Source of the DNA: Nemertoderma westbladi
Taxonomy: Eukaryota; Animalia; Xenacoelomorpha
NCBI GenBank assembly: GCA_032718475.1
Contig: JAUCBJ010004247.1
Span: 1-52,050, forward strand
DNA length: 52,050 nucleotides
Reading direction: 5' to 3'
Below are positions 33,726 to 45,552 of the stretch, piece after piece (the stretch's first letter is position 1; every line of letters begins with the position of its first letter). The notes under the pieces were generated by a model that made no database searches, was not told the DNA's origin, and saw only the letters and a program-made list of their open reading frames with translations. A program made the translations under genes and the position numbers.

Positions 33726-34373
33726 CTACTTGGAGGCCGGTACAACAACACCGCTCTCTTCATCAGTAACGATACCAACTTCCTCAAAGAGCTCTTGCTT
33801 CTTCTTTGGGTAGCCTTCCAAGATGGTGTCCAGAATATCCTGAGCCATTCGTTTTCTCTTTCTCCACGCGCCGACGTACTTCCTATGGTCGGAGTACGTC
33901 TTTTCCTTAACTTCCTTCGTGATGAGCACACTGGACGACCTTAGTTTATCCAAACGTCCTTCGCAATCTCCAATGTTCTCCTCCACTTGACGTAGTTTAA
34001 CAACTGCTTCTTCAACAGTCAGTTGCGAATTTAATGTTGCAAGTTCGTGTTCACGTGACGTCACGTTTTCTTTAATGCTACGCAATTTTTCAGTAAGATT
34101 TTGAAGTTCCTTATCGTAATTTTCGATTTCCCCTTCCTTTAAGCTCGGGAATATACTCTGTGTTATGCAATAAACCTTCTGCTTTCCATAGACTTTCTCA
34201 ACCAGTTTGTTTTCCTTTGACATTTGCTCCAATATCTTCTGAACTTGGGTTTTACCGTATTTGGCGTGCAGGTTATTGAATACGTCGGTGGCACTGTAAG
34301 GCCTGTTCTGTTGCATCATGTATTTATAAATAACTTGGGACACCTCGGAATCCTTGAGTTTATTACTACTCAT
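33726..34373 (-). CDS. PSMC3IP: Homologous-pairing protein 2 (HOP2/TBPIP), intronless CDS
   Basis: 215 aa; QQNRPYSATDVFNNL, EKVYGKQKVY winged helix, coiled coil, WRKRKRMA..ILEGYPK.K..LFEEVGI.TDE. AATAAA on the minus strand at ~33605. Confidence 0.95.
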   Translation of the reverse strand: MSSNKLKDSEVSQVIYKYMMQQNRPYSATDVFNNLHAKYGKTQVQKILEQMSKENKLVEKVYGKQKVYCITQSIFPSLKEGEIENYDKELQNLTEKLRSIKENVTSREHELATLNSQLTVEEAVVKLRQVEENIGDCEGRLDKLRSSSVLITKEVKEKTYSDHRKYVGAWRKRKRMAQDILDTILEGYPKKKQELFEEVGIVTDEESGVVVPASK

Positions 34374-35218
34374 TATGGAGAATTGATAAACACGATGAAA
34401 CAGAATAAAAAAGGATAAACGAAATATTAGACCTAGCCTTACTGAAAGTTATACGCAATTAGGTAACTGCGTAGTCTGTCTGTCTGTACCACGTACTGCT
34501 GTACTGTAGTCAGTATTGCTGTAGTGTGCATAATGTTCGCCCTGCCAGCCAGCCGGGCGCATGTCAGGTGATGGCAACAACCTCAAGACTTATAACAGTA
34601 TAAGCCTTACAAATATCCTACCGGTAGGCCTATACAACTATTACTACCATGCTACTGTACTATCCCAATCCACCCCTCCAGTACAGCAGTAGTACCATCT
34701 ACACGCCTCTCCCACCCCCCCCCCCCCCCCCCCGGGTTGGGCAAGAGTACCATAACGTTCATGAGTATCCCTCTACTCTTCCTTCCCTCTGCCCTCTCTC
34801 TTCTGCTTTTTCTCTTATGCTTACATGCTATTCAGGTTTCAAATTGGGGCGATTTGGATTTGCCCCGCGGATGTGTCCAGTGTGGGGTCTGATATCGTAC
34901 CGGTACTCTACTAGCTGACTAGACAGCTAGAGGAGGGTCGAATTTGATATTGAAGGACCACCTTCAGCCCTTGGCAGCTTGGCTTGGCTGCTTGGAAATA
35001 ATATGAACTTACATTGTTTGGTGTAATTATTGTTAGGTACCAGGTACAGTAGGCCTACTGTGCTAGTGCAGTAGTGTGCTATATTGTTTTTTACATACAG
35101 ACATAGGCTTAGGCCTAATCCATAATCTGCTAATGCAGTAATGTGTAAATAAAGCTATATACAGGTATACGGTATCTATCTATCTCTTGAAAAATCAGAA
35201 CCATCTTTCAAAGTGGGG

Positions 35219-35974
35219 CCAAGGCCATCTAAACAATAGGCCATGACAAGGACCTAGCCTACAAAATTATCGTAGGCTGATTATGGTAGCTAAACTGTAC
35301 CTATCACCAACACCCTAAGCTATATATACTGTTAGGTATATTTGGGTTTGGAATAATTCATTTGTTTTAACATTGAATCCCCTTATTTATTATAAAACCA
35401 TCGGAAATATCCGCAAATGCCGCTCCATTACTGTCTGAAACGCTTCCGACAGTCCGATGTATCTGTACCCGAGCTGCTGAGTTGCATCGAGTTTCTGTAA
35501 ATTTGCACCCCTAGCGGCAGACAGAGGAACTGTAGGAGTCTGTCTGTGTGTATAATTTCTAAATTTTTGATAGACTTTACATGTGTACAAAGTTTGGTAC
35601 CATTTCATCCATGATTGACCGACTTATTAGCGATCAAACATGTGTTGTGGCGGTGCAATTTTGTCGACAAGCCGGCACAGCATTCTTAAAAATGCAGCTG
35701 CAATGCAGCATGCCGATCCTAGTAGTAGTAGTAGTAGCCACAAACATAGCCAGAGAGAGGTAGCCACAAACAAACAAAAGCTGCAGGAACTCGAGCGATA
35801 ATTAATTAATTATTAAATTCTGTTTCAATTAAATTCTTTACGAAAATCTAGTTATCTTCTTTTAAATATGGAACCTGCATTCGTGGAAAATATAATATTT
35901 GATAATTCAGCAGTCAGCCTACGATAATTTTGCAGGCATGTCCTTGTCATGGCCTGTTATTTAGACGGCCTTGG
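35219..35974. mobile_element. MITE with ~60-bp TIRs
   Basis: CCAAGGCCATCTAAAC..GGCCATGACAAGGAC..AAAATTATCGTAGGCTGA is mirrored at 35913-35974. TGGGG flanks both ends. Confidence 0.8.
35644..35736 (+). mobile_element. RTE-like LINE extreme 3' end with (TAG)n tail
   Basis: Near identical to the reverse complement of 5213-5290, followed by TAGTAGTAG... Confidence 0.8.
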
Positions 35975-36937
35975 TGGGGGTGTTTGAAATAAACTACCAG
36001 CCACCAGCAGAACGGTACTGAAGATACTGAAATACATTACAACATTACAATTACAATAATTAGCCATCAGTGCGGTGCCCACTCACTGTACAGTAGGCCT
36101 ACCAAATTAACGGTATACCAAGATGGCGGGGCGGCTATCTGTCTGTCTGTCTGTACATGTTTTGTTTATCCTACCATGTATGTATGTGTGTAAACTGCCA
36201 CTGCACACTGCCCCACTCTGCCACTGTCACTGACCCTCTAACTTGAAATCGCAGTGCTTATGCCTCCATTAACACTTTCACTGCGCTGTGGTACACACAC
36301 ACCAGTGTGCACCATGGAAAAATACTTCAGTGCTGTGAAATGGTTGGTTAATTGATAACTTTTCTTCGTTATTATACAGTAGGTAGTTATTGGTGGTCGT
36401 TTTTCTTCGTTTCATGACGTTTACTACTGTATATTGATGGCACTGTACCTCTGGATAAATAAGTCATAAGAAATAAGTCTAGTCATAAGCTTTAGAGAAT
36501 GGAAAAGATTGTAGGACACCTCCTCAAGAGGAGATGAGGCTATTCTTACCCAAGAACATTTTATTTAAATATACATTGTACAGTATAATTAGGATTATAC
36601 TGTACATCTCAATTAGTGCCAGTTATCTTTTATGTTATTCATTAAAGTAAAATGCATTTTGTGTCCATAGTATCACAACTAACACCAATTTTAAAGAAAT
36701 TATTATAATCTGCGATTTTTAATTAACATCTTAATTACGTAAGTAAACTGCTATTATTAACTTTAAAAAGCGAAGCAAACAATATGAATATTAATTTTAA
36801 ATTTAACTTTTTTGTTTATTTCGTTAGTTATACAGTACCATCCCTTCAGAACAGTAATTAAATTAATTAGTAGATCAAATAATATATCAAATTACAAGTG
36901 CAATAATTATGATTATGGAAACTTCTCATAAATAATT

Positions 36938-37969
36938 TTAGTGATTACGATTTAAACTTGATTTTGAGAAATTTTTTCTGTAAATAAACGGCTTCATATC
37001 AACTTCCTCTGATCGTTGATGCTTTCTTCTCCATTGACACATCAATAGGTATTTTATTCCAGACCGAAAACCAGAAGAGAAATAAATATATATTATAGGA
37101 TTTACTCCGCTGGATAAAAGCTTCAAATAATGAAAGATAATGGAAATCCATTTATATGTTTGGGAATCTGTTTGATCAAACCAATGAAATAACTTGACGT
37201 AATTGCGGATATGGTAGGGGAGCCAGCAGAGCACGAAACAAACCAAAATTACAATCAACATTACAATTATGCGCATCCGCTCTCTTGTGTGGATCGTTTG
37301 TTTATTATGTTGTTTAATAGAGGGGGATTCTGTAATGGATTCCTTTCTCAGGTTTCTAATGGAACGTATCAGAGTGATGTTTATTTTGGTGTAGAGAATA
37401 GACATAACAAAAATAGGAATAAAAAACAGAAATACACTTTCGAATATATCAAGTGCTTTCTCCTTATTTGAGTCTATAGTACATGATGTAAGATTTGTAG
37501 CATAATATTGAATATCTACATGGGATAACACAATGTAGGTGATATTGATTGACAATGAAATAATCCATACAGTCACGGCTACTCCAGCAATTATACGCGG
37601 CCACAATTGTAGCATTCTGATTAAAAATGGTTTTACAATAACTATATATCGTTCAACACAGATGGCAAGCATGAATAACACAGATGCTGTGGAACTTGTT
37701 GCTGAAGTATACCTCATAAATATGCACATGGAATCCCCAAGCACCCACTCCGGGTAACGATTTAGAAACCACACTATGGTACGAACCCCAACAGGAATCC
37801 CAACTAACAGATCGGAAACACTCAAATTCGCCATGAATATGTTGGTTGGGTTTTGCATTTCTTTATTAGTGGCAATAACTAATAACAACAATAAGTTCCC
37901 AATGATTATCAGAGCAAATATTAATGAGCCAAAAATGACGATAAATATCTGAGTATTATCATAGTCCAT
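36938..37969 (-). CDS. Class A GPCR, peptide-receptor-like, intronless
   Basis: Seven hydrophobic segments; GN, NLSVSDLL, CVERY, CWLPYH, NPIIY. Confidence 0.93.
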   Translation of the reverse strand: MDYDNTQIFIVIFGSLIFALIIIGNLLLLLVIATNKEMQNPTNIFMANLSVSDLLVGIPVGVRTIVWFLNRYPEWVLGDSMCIFMRYTSATSSTASVLFMLAICVERYIVIVKPFLIRMLQLWPRIIAGVAVTVWIISLSINITYIVLSHVDIQYYATNLTSCTIDSNKEKALDIFESVFLFFIPIFVMSILYTKINITLIRSIRNLRKESITESPSIKQHNKQTIHTRERMRIIVMLIVILVCFVLCWLPYHIRNYVKLFHWFDQTDSQTYKWISIIFHYLKLLSSGVNPIIYIYFSSGFRSGIKYLLMCQWRRKHQRSEEVDMKPFIYRKNFSKSSLNRNH

Positions 37970-38723
37970 CTTCGCTATCTTCTCTATGTTGCAATGTTGT
38001 AAAAATTATACTTTGGGTTAGTCGAGATTATTTAAATTATAACATTACAAATCAGTTATACGTGGAGTATAGGCCTAATATATAATATTATTAAGAGTAT
38101 AATAATATATAATCTAGAGCCCTGGGATTTAATTTCCGGGGATCTAAATATCCCTTTTCACACCTAGGAGGGATCTAAAGACCCCTGCGATCTACAGTAG
38201 GTGGTATCTAATCGGAGTCAAATATTTAGCACTAGCGCTATATGTAAATAACACCGAGATACAGTAGAATGGTGTTCATGAAGACTGATAAGTCCAAGGT
38301 ACCAGCTAAAACCCTGTCTAAGTGTACATAATCCATAGGCCTGTAATGGTCACCGGTACTAATAATACTTTCAGTTTATCGTTGTACAGGTAGGAAGGAG
38401 CTTTAGTTGATAGCTGTCAGCTGAACGGGTGCCGTACTTATGTAGGCCTACACGAATCTGTTTCAGTATTAAACTAGCACCACACTTAGCAATGATTCAG
38501 ACGAGTGATAAATGTTCGGTACTAAGGTGGATATTTAGTACTGGTACTATCTTATCGATTGTTTCATTCTTCATCAATACCGTTTTTTTTATATTCTGTT
38601 GATACAGTAATTCTTGGTTATTATTGCCTTTGGGTGTATTGCTATAAGTCTACCAAAGAAAGGAAACCTAACACCATTTATCACATCGTGGAATCAGTAT
38701 AATTTTGATTTCAGTTTAATTCG

Positions 38724-38999
38724 GCCCATGTGAAGAATACCAGACTTTCTGCCGTTATATTTCACTTTGCAGTTACCCCCATGTGATGAATACCAGGTTT
38801 TCACCAAAAATACAGGTTACAGAAGGGCTGAATCTAACCAAACCAATAAACTTATTAGTATATGTACAGGTTATAAGACAGAAATAAGCGCTATAAAACA
38901 CTTAATAAAGATAAATTAAAAAAAATAAAAAATCTTCATATATAAAATTCCAATAAAAAGTCGACCGAAAAGTGAAATCCTGGTATTCTTCACATGGGC
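38724..38999. mobile_element. MITE with 20-bp perfect inverted repeats
   Basis: GCCCATGTGAAGAATACCAG / CTGGTATTCTTCACATGGGC. Internal direct copy at ~38778. Confidence 0.75.
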
Positions 39000-39455
39000 G
39001 TCTAACTCACATGGCATCTATCTGGCAAGTCAAAAATAATAAATAGACAACCTAAAAAACTGAAACATAATGTATAATCTTTGTTATTTAAGGGGAAACA
39101 GTTACACAGCAAGAATACATATTTATAACTTATTCGCAACATATCTTTTAACTGATTAAATAATTTATTATTCATAAAATTATTCCAAAGTCCAATATAA
39201 CGTGCCTATATGCATTGTAAATGCAAATAAATTAATATTAAGTATTATATTTACAATGCCGTATTCTTAGTTATTACTGGCCGCAGGTAGATTGTAGGGA
39301 GTAATCGAGCTTAGCATACAGCTACCAGCTAGAATTTACGTGTGGCCTTCGAGAAGCTAAGATAAAAGCAATTAATTAGTTAATTAATTAATTGCGGTAA
39401 AATCAGCATTTTCTAGCCTGTCTTTTAACGGAAATTAATTATTTTATAGTATAAG

Positions 39456-40357
39456 CAGGCCTCGCATTTACACCTTTTTTACCTTTTTTTTGGTGAAGAT
39501 GGAAGAAGTGGAAATAACAGCCTCAGCCTAAATTAATTAATGCAATCAATAACTGAATAATGATGCAAAACATTATGTGCTAATGATAGGTTATTCAAAT
39601 ATGTAGCCTATAAATATTGTATATGTATTCAGCCTATAAATATACCCAAACCATCGCCTGCAGTAGGCCTACACAATGTATGAATCGAAACATTTCCGAA
39701 CAGCTAAAAATGTTTATTTAAACTACCGTTTTTACTCAAGAGCCCGGGCGTTTTATGTTTATAAATTGCCAATCGGGGAGGCGTTTATTCGAGGGGCGTT
39801 TAAATATTAATTTTGTGGTTCGGGGAGCCGTTTATTCGTTTAAATATTTAATTTTGTGGTTCGGGGAGCCGTTTATTCGTTTAAATATTTAATTTTGTGG
39901 TTCGGGGAGCCGTTTATTCGTTTAAATATTTAATTTTGTGGTTCGGGGGGAGGCGTTTATGTTTATGTTCTTGATTTTCAGAATTCTGAATGTAAATAAT
40001 GATAAATATCAGATAATGAATCCACATTCAGTATTTGGCATTGACTTGTACCGGTAACCATTATTCTTTCACTTTCGTAGTGATTAACCAACATGGTAAT
40101 CGCGACCTATTCAACCTACAGTTGTATACATGTATCGGTATTGACGTACCGTAGTACTAGTAGCTTACACCTCTACATCTCAGATAGGGGGAGAAACTGG
40201 ACGCAATAAAAAGTCATCCCTCCAAGTAATTACAGTAATTTAATTTTAGTGGGCTTATTAAATTTTATGAAAATGATGTACCTTTTTTACTTTTTTTTAA
40301 TTGCATCAAATACCTGTCCACCTTTTTTTATTGCTAAAAATCCCGATGCGAGGGCTG
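39456..40357. mobile_element. Non-autonomous TIR element with CAG ends and 6-bp TSD
   Basis: CAGGCCTCGCAT..ATGCGAGGGCTG with TATAAG on both sides. The empty site is visible at ~42604. Confidence 0.75.
39775..39960. repeat. 41-bp tandem repeat (~4 copies)
   Basis: GGGGAGCCGTTTATTCGTTTAAATATTTAATTTTGTGGTTC at 39822, 39863 and 39904. Confidence 0.9.
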
Positions 40358-40535
40358 TATAAGATTTAAATAATTATACTTAAAAATTATACAGCTGTAA
40401 TCCCCAAACCCCATTCCATTATAGTTTTTAATTAGTTCAAGTGATTTTCTTTAATAAATGTGTCTTTAATTAGGATCTAAACGTAATTAAAACGGCATAA
40501 AACATAAAAAAGTTATGCACATTAAATACTGCTCA

Positions 40536-42454
40536 TTTTTTTTTATTTATTTTTTTTTTAATTACATTACAACTTCGATTATATTAATTTTTTTAAATAA
40601 ATAGGCATATTAATATTAGAGACGATAAAATAATAGAGTACGATTAATTAATTTAAAGTAAATTAACAGTCAAATAATTATTAGGACCGTATAAAATAAT
40701 GTAAAGTAATTCAACTACTGTAATACTGTATACCGCAATGAAGTAAATGCAGCAACAATGATGGATCCAGTAACGAGTTTAAAGTAAACAGGTAGAATGT
40801 GGGAACGTGCAATACAATAACATATCAAGATAAATAACAAAAAATAAGTTACGTAAAGAAGGGGGGCTTTAATGGTGAAGATTATGATGGGGGCCCAGAT
40901 CTGGAATAAGCCGCGGGTCATCAATAGAAGATGGTGGCATAGCTTGAAGAGATCTATGTCCTCTCAGACATATGCCTGCTGATCTCACCAGACTAAATGA
41001 GACCCTGCAACGCAGCCAGTGCGATACAGCCGCATAAAAGTGGTCTATTCTCCGAAAGGAGACCTGCCAGATGTGCCATGAAACGGCTGCACTCCGGCCC
41101 TGCTGCACCACCAGTCGAAAACACTAAAGGTGTAAAGGAGTGCGGCACGCTCGACATTTATAATTCTATCATTGTAGGACCGGCGCTTCTCCCCTTCATG
41201 GATCTTAAGAATAGAGTCTATAGGAGAGGAGAGATATGATGTTGCATTCGGGTAAAATACACGAACATCGAAAAAAGATTTGGAGAAGCGTCCCCAAAAC
41301 CCCCTTGCCGAAATATCCAGACGAGCTTCACTGGATGTGTTAGCTGAACCTGGGAATAGGACCTCACCCGTTATGGGTTGCAGTATTGGATCCAATGCTA
41401 CATCCGTACACACCTCATGCAAGAGAGAGACCAGCAGATCGCGAACTTCATTGTGGCGTAATGCGATAAAGCCGCCTTTCTTGCAAGATAGAGCATGGTC
41501 GGGTGTAAAAGAGGCAGAACAGACACAGGAGGATGGCATGCCAAATATAGGGAGGTTGTATCTTAGAGCGATTGCATCTCGAAAATCGGATTTGTTTAGG
41601 GCAAAACCTTCACACTCTAATGGAAGAGCTATCAACCACGATGAAGTGCCCGGGCGCGATGCATGGTCAAGAGTACGTGCCATTAGTGGATCACAAGAGT
41701 CCTTGATGATGGCTGCTTTGGTGTTCCAAAGCTGTATAGTTCTGGTTCGAACTACCGAAGTTATGGCTTTCTGAGCTTCTGAAGATGAGTGTTCAAGGAA
41801 CATACTCTGTTTCTGTATACATGTTTTGTGCTGTTTAGTTACAGCACAAGAGTTGTCAAATTGAAGAGCCGCAGAAGAAGTAGGATTTGTAATCCCGAGA
41901 CCACCATAGCGCACTGGCAGATCTAGTATGTCCCTAAGGTCTGAATCGCAAATGGAACCCAGTATAGATGGGACCAGTTTCTTGTAGATTGAATCTTCAA
42001 GTGGACCAAAGAGACCCTCATCACCTTTGTAGCAGCGTTGGAAGAATGTCCATCTAGAACTTAGGCCATGCGTAAACGCGGCATAGGCAGCATGTGGCTC
42101 GGTTTTAGCTATTTCTTCCAGCTTCTCAATCTGATCACACCAACCTGCAATCTTAGTCTTAGCAAACATTGAAGAGAAAACTTGTGTTCCTATGACACTT
42201 CCTAGAATGCGCTGGCCCTGGTCTGTAATTTGCACCCTCACTTCCTTAAATATCTCTTCTGCTGCTTCCATTAAACCCGGTTTTACTATAAGCCAAGACT
42301 TTTGTGCTTTAGGGTGATACACATAAGCAGGTCCATGTAGAGAGATGTAGTCCCACCACGCCCGAAGCTCCAACAACTTACCAATACCATTTGCATCATC
42401 TGCATACCAAACTGATTTTGCCTTGGTTGGATGGTAATATATCAGTGGGGTCAC
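40536..42454 (-). mobile_element. 5'-truncated, frameshifted CRE-like retrotransposon (RT C-half, CCHC, RLE, A-rich tail)
   Basis: WYADD, GPAY.YHP...KSWLIVK, YGGLGITNP, CVCSASFTPDHALSCKKGG..RHNEVRD, RLDISARGFW..FDVRVF. Poly-T at 40536-40560 on the + strand. Confidence 0.9.
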
Positions 42455-42494
42455 TGAAATACTCCGTTTAGAAATTTTCCAAGTTGAATTTCCA

Positions 42495-42735
42495 TGTGGC
42501 CTTCGAGAAGCTAAGATAATAGCAGTTAATTAGTTAATTAAGTTGATTACGGTAAAAACAGCATTTTCAACCTACCTCTTAAAGGATATTAATTATTTTC
42601 TGGTATAAGAATTAAATAATTATACTTAAAAATTATACAACTGTATTCCCCATAACCCATTCCATTATAGTTTTTAATTAGTTCAAGAGATTTGCTTTAA
42701 GAAATGTGTTTTTAATTGATCTAAACGTAATTAAC
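42495..42735. repeat. Uninterrupted copy of a ~240-bp repeat also at 39341-39455 + 40358-40490
   Basis: Shared blocks TGTGGCCTTCGAGAAGCTAAGATAA and CCCATTCCATTATAGTTTTTAATTAGTTCAAG. Confidence 0.85.
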
Positions 42736-43864
42736 TTATTAAAATGCCCCGTCTCCAGCTATAGCTCCCTCCTTCGTTGGCATGGCTAGCCTAGCTTGGA
42801 AGGGGAACCAGTCCAACCACACCTCACCTCTACTCAAAGGCAGCATTGTAATGAGCCAGACTAATTATTATTCGAGTATAATCATATTATTATATATATT
42901 ATCATATTATTGACTACAATTAGGTCAAATATACAAAAACACATAGCACAATAATACTGTCCCGTCACCATCACTTTAACCATTCCATTAACTAAGTACA
43001 AATAAAAAGGGAAGGGGATGTATCATTACTTAATTATAAACCGCTGCAGTCCATTTAGGTAGTATGTTAAATGGAACACAAAACATCAAAACTAAAAACA
43101 GTGCCAGTGTTCCAGCAACGATAAGTTCCATCATAGATAATATATATCTATGTAAACATATATTAGTACCGCATGTAATTAAGTAAATTAATAATAGACG
43201 TACCTAGATTAATATAATAGCACAGAAAAGAGAAAAATAAATATGTATAAAGAATAAAGATCCTAAAACGATGCAACATAATTCATTATTTCTAAAAGTT
43301 CTTCTGCTGAAAAGTGCTGCACAGTAAACTTATCTACAACACATTCATTAATTTCACTGCACAAGTGAGCCCGCCAGGCGCTATTAAGGGGATATATAGC
43401 ATATGTAGCTATACACCATGTCCTAGAATTACAAATCTTAATGAGATTGCATGCAATTTGAAACAGTGATATTTTCACCTCCCTCCTCCTTACTGGGTGA
43501 GCCAGAATTTTTATTTTCGCTTTCAATCTTTAGCTACAAGCGTTTGAAAAAAGTGTCTCCGGCGAAATTGCACCAATTACACCGCATTTATTCTTCAACC
43601 TTATAGTGATTTGTAGGTGCTAGCGGAAAGCTGGTTGTGCAAGGATTCCAAATATGTAACATAATCTAAATTTCGTCTTAAAATCAGCGTTTAAAACTTG
43701 CATGGTTTTGCATATGAACGAGGCTATTTTCTTCTATTAAATAAATACAACATATTCTGGAACATTTTGTTAATGCATGAGTAGCTATTTAATAGCATGA
43801 TTAAATGGGTATTGCATTGTTGCAAAGCTACGTATGGGATAAACAAAATATTCCAGAAGATGTT

Positions 43865-43957
43865 GTGGGGCGAGCCACGAAGTTGGCGGAGCCTTAGCGA
43901 ATTGACACTGTTAGGGGGCGGGTCAATTTATGCAAATAGTTGTCGTCGTCGTCGTTG

Positions 43958-44039
<82 letters not shown>

Positions 44040-45152
44040 TACGATTTTGACATGCTAATAACTTTGTTGGATTTAAAGCTGCCAAGTTGAAAATTTGTAG
44101 GTATCAATATGAGCAAAAGTTGAGATTTTTGAGAGACTTTCAGACACCATCAGTGAGAGGGCCACATGTCTAAACATTAAATGCCCTCCCATTTCTTTGC
44201 TTTTAATCCGTTTAAGCTGAAACTTGGCAGATATGTATTAGACCATTAGCTGTGACTTTCAAAGGAGGCGAATCCATCTGCAGTTCTCCAGTCTGCCGCT
44301 AGAGGGCGAAATGTCCCGAATGTGAAATTATTCTTCCATTTAGTTGTTTATGATCTGATTACGCTGAAACTTGTCATATATGTACTAGATGACATCCTGA
44401 GTCTTTGTGTGGATTGTAATCGGTCCGAAGTTTTCCAGTCTGCCGGTAGAGGACCACATGTCTAAACATTAAATGGCCACCCATTTCTATGCTTTTAATC
44501 CGTTTAAGCTGAAACTTGGGAAGTATGTACTAGACCATTAGCTGTAAATTTCAAAGGAGGCTAATCTGTCTGCAGTTCTCCAGTCTGCCGCTAGAGGGCG
44601 AAATGTCCCGAATGTGAAATTATTCTTCCATTTAGTTGTTTATGATCTGATTACGCTGAAACTTGTCATATATGTACTAGAAGACATCCTAAGTCTTTGT
44701 GTGGTCAGTAATCGGTCCGGAGTTTTTGAGTCTGCCGCTAGAGGGCGAAATGTAGGAAAGTGATAACCTTCGCGAATTCCTTGATCTTAATCTATTTAAG
44801 CTGAATTTTGGAATATACAGTACCGGTGTGTACTAGACCACATGCCTCGTCTTTGTGAGGAAGGTGATCGATCCGTAGTTCTTTAATATGCCGCTAGAGG
44901 GCTAAATGTATGAAAGTGAAAACCTTCCAACATTTCGTTATTTATGATCCGTCAATCGGAAACTTGGTAGATATGTAATAGACCATAGGCTGTGGCTTTG
45001 TAGGGAAACTAATCCTTCCTTCTTCAGTTACCCAGTCTCCCGCTAGAGGGTTAACGTTTTCCGGGAAAATCTTCTCCTATGTTTTTATAATCCTTTCGAG
45101 TTGATACTTAGCATTAACTCATTTCACGTGCTGCGCGAAGGCCCCACTTCGT
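43865..45152 (+). mobile_element. Helentron/DINE-1(HINE)-like non-autonomous element
   Basis: Short GTGGGGC/GCCCCAC inverted repeat, 5' hairpins, (GTC)n at 43939-44040, ~7 units of ~146 bp, 3' hairpin CGAAG..CTTCG. Inserted after TT with no clear TSD. Confidence 0.7.
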
Positions 45153-45165
45153 GTATTTATTTAAT

Positions 45166-45552
45166 GGGAACAAGAAGTATGGTGAACCGATGGACAGAGG
45201 CTACCTTTTCCGTCCAGTAGCCTTTGATACGATGGGCCGGGCAGGACCTGAAACAGAAGAGTTCTTGGCAGAGATAGGGTCGAGGCTGAGAGACTCAACC
45301 AAGGAGCCTCGCTCCCACTTGTTCCTCCTGCAGAGGTTGCTGGTCGCAATCCAGATGGGTAATGCGGCATCCATCCTTGGTACCATCAGTGAGGCGGGGG
45401 ATGATGGACTGATGGACCTTCTAGGATGATTCGCATCTTATATTTGTGATCTCTGTTAACTCTAATTGTTATCTTATCAAATGTTAATTAATTAATTACT
45501 AATTAGCGAGGGAATTGTTTTAATTGATTTATCTCAACGATTTATCTTGACG
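45166..45552 (+). mobile_element. 5'-truncated CRE-like retrotransposon (RLE C-terminus)
   Basis: KKY..YLFRPVAFDTMG..G....FL.EIG.RL...EPR...FLLQRL.VAIQ.GNAASILGT. Imperfect TSD ATTTATTT(A/G)AT at 45155-45165 and 45553-45563. Confidence 0.8.

Noticed and set aside
43797-44090. Protamine-like poly-Arg or poly-Asp ORFs
   Set aside because: (GTC)n microsatellite of the HINE-like element.
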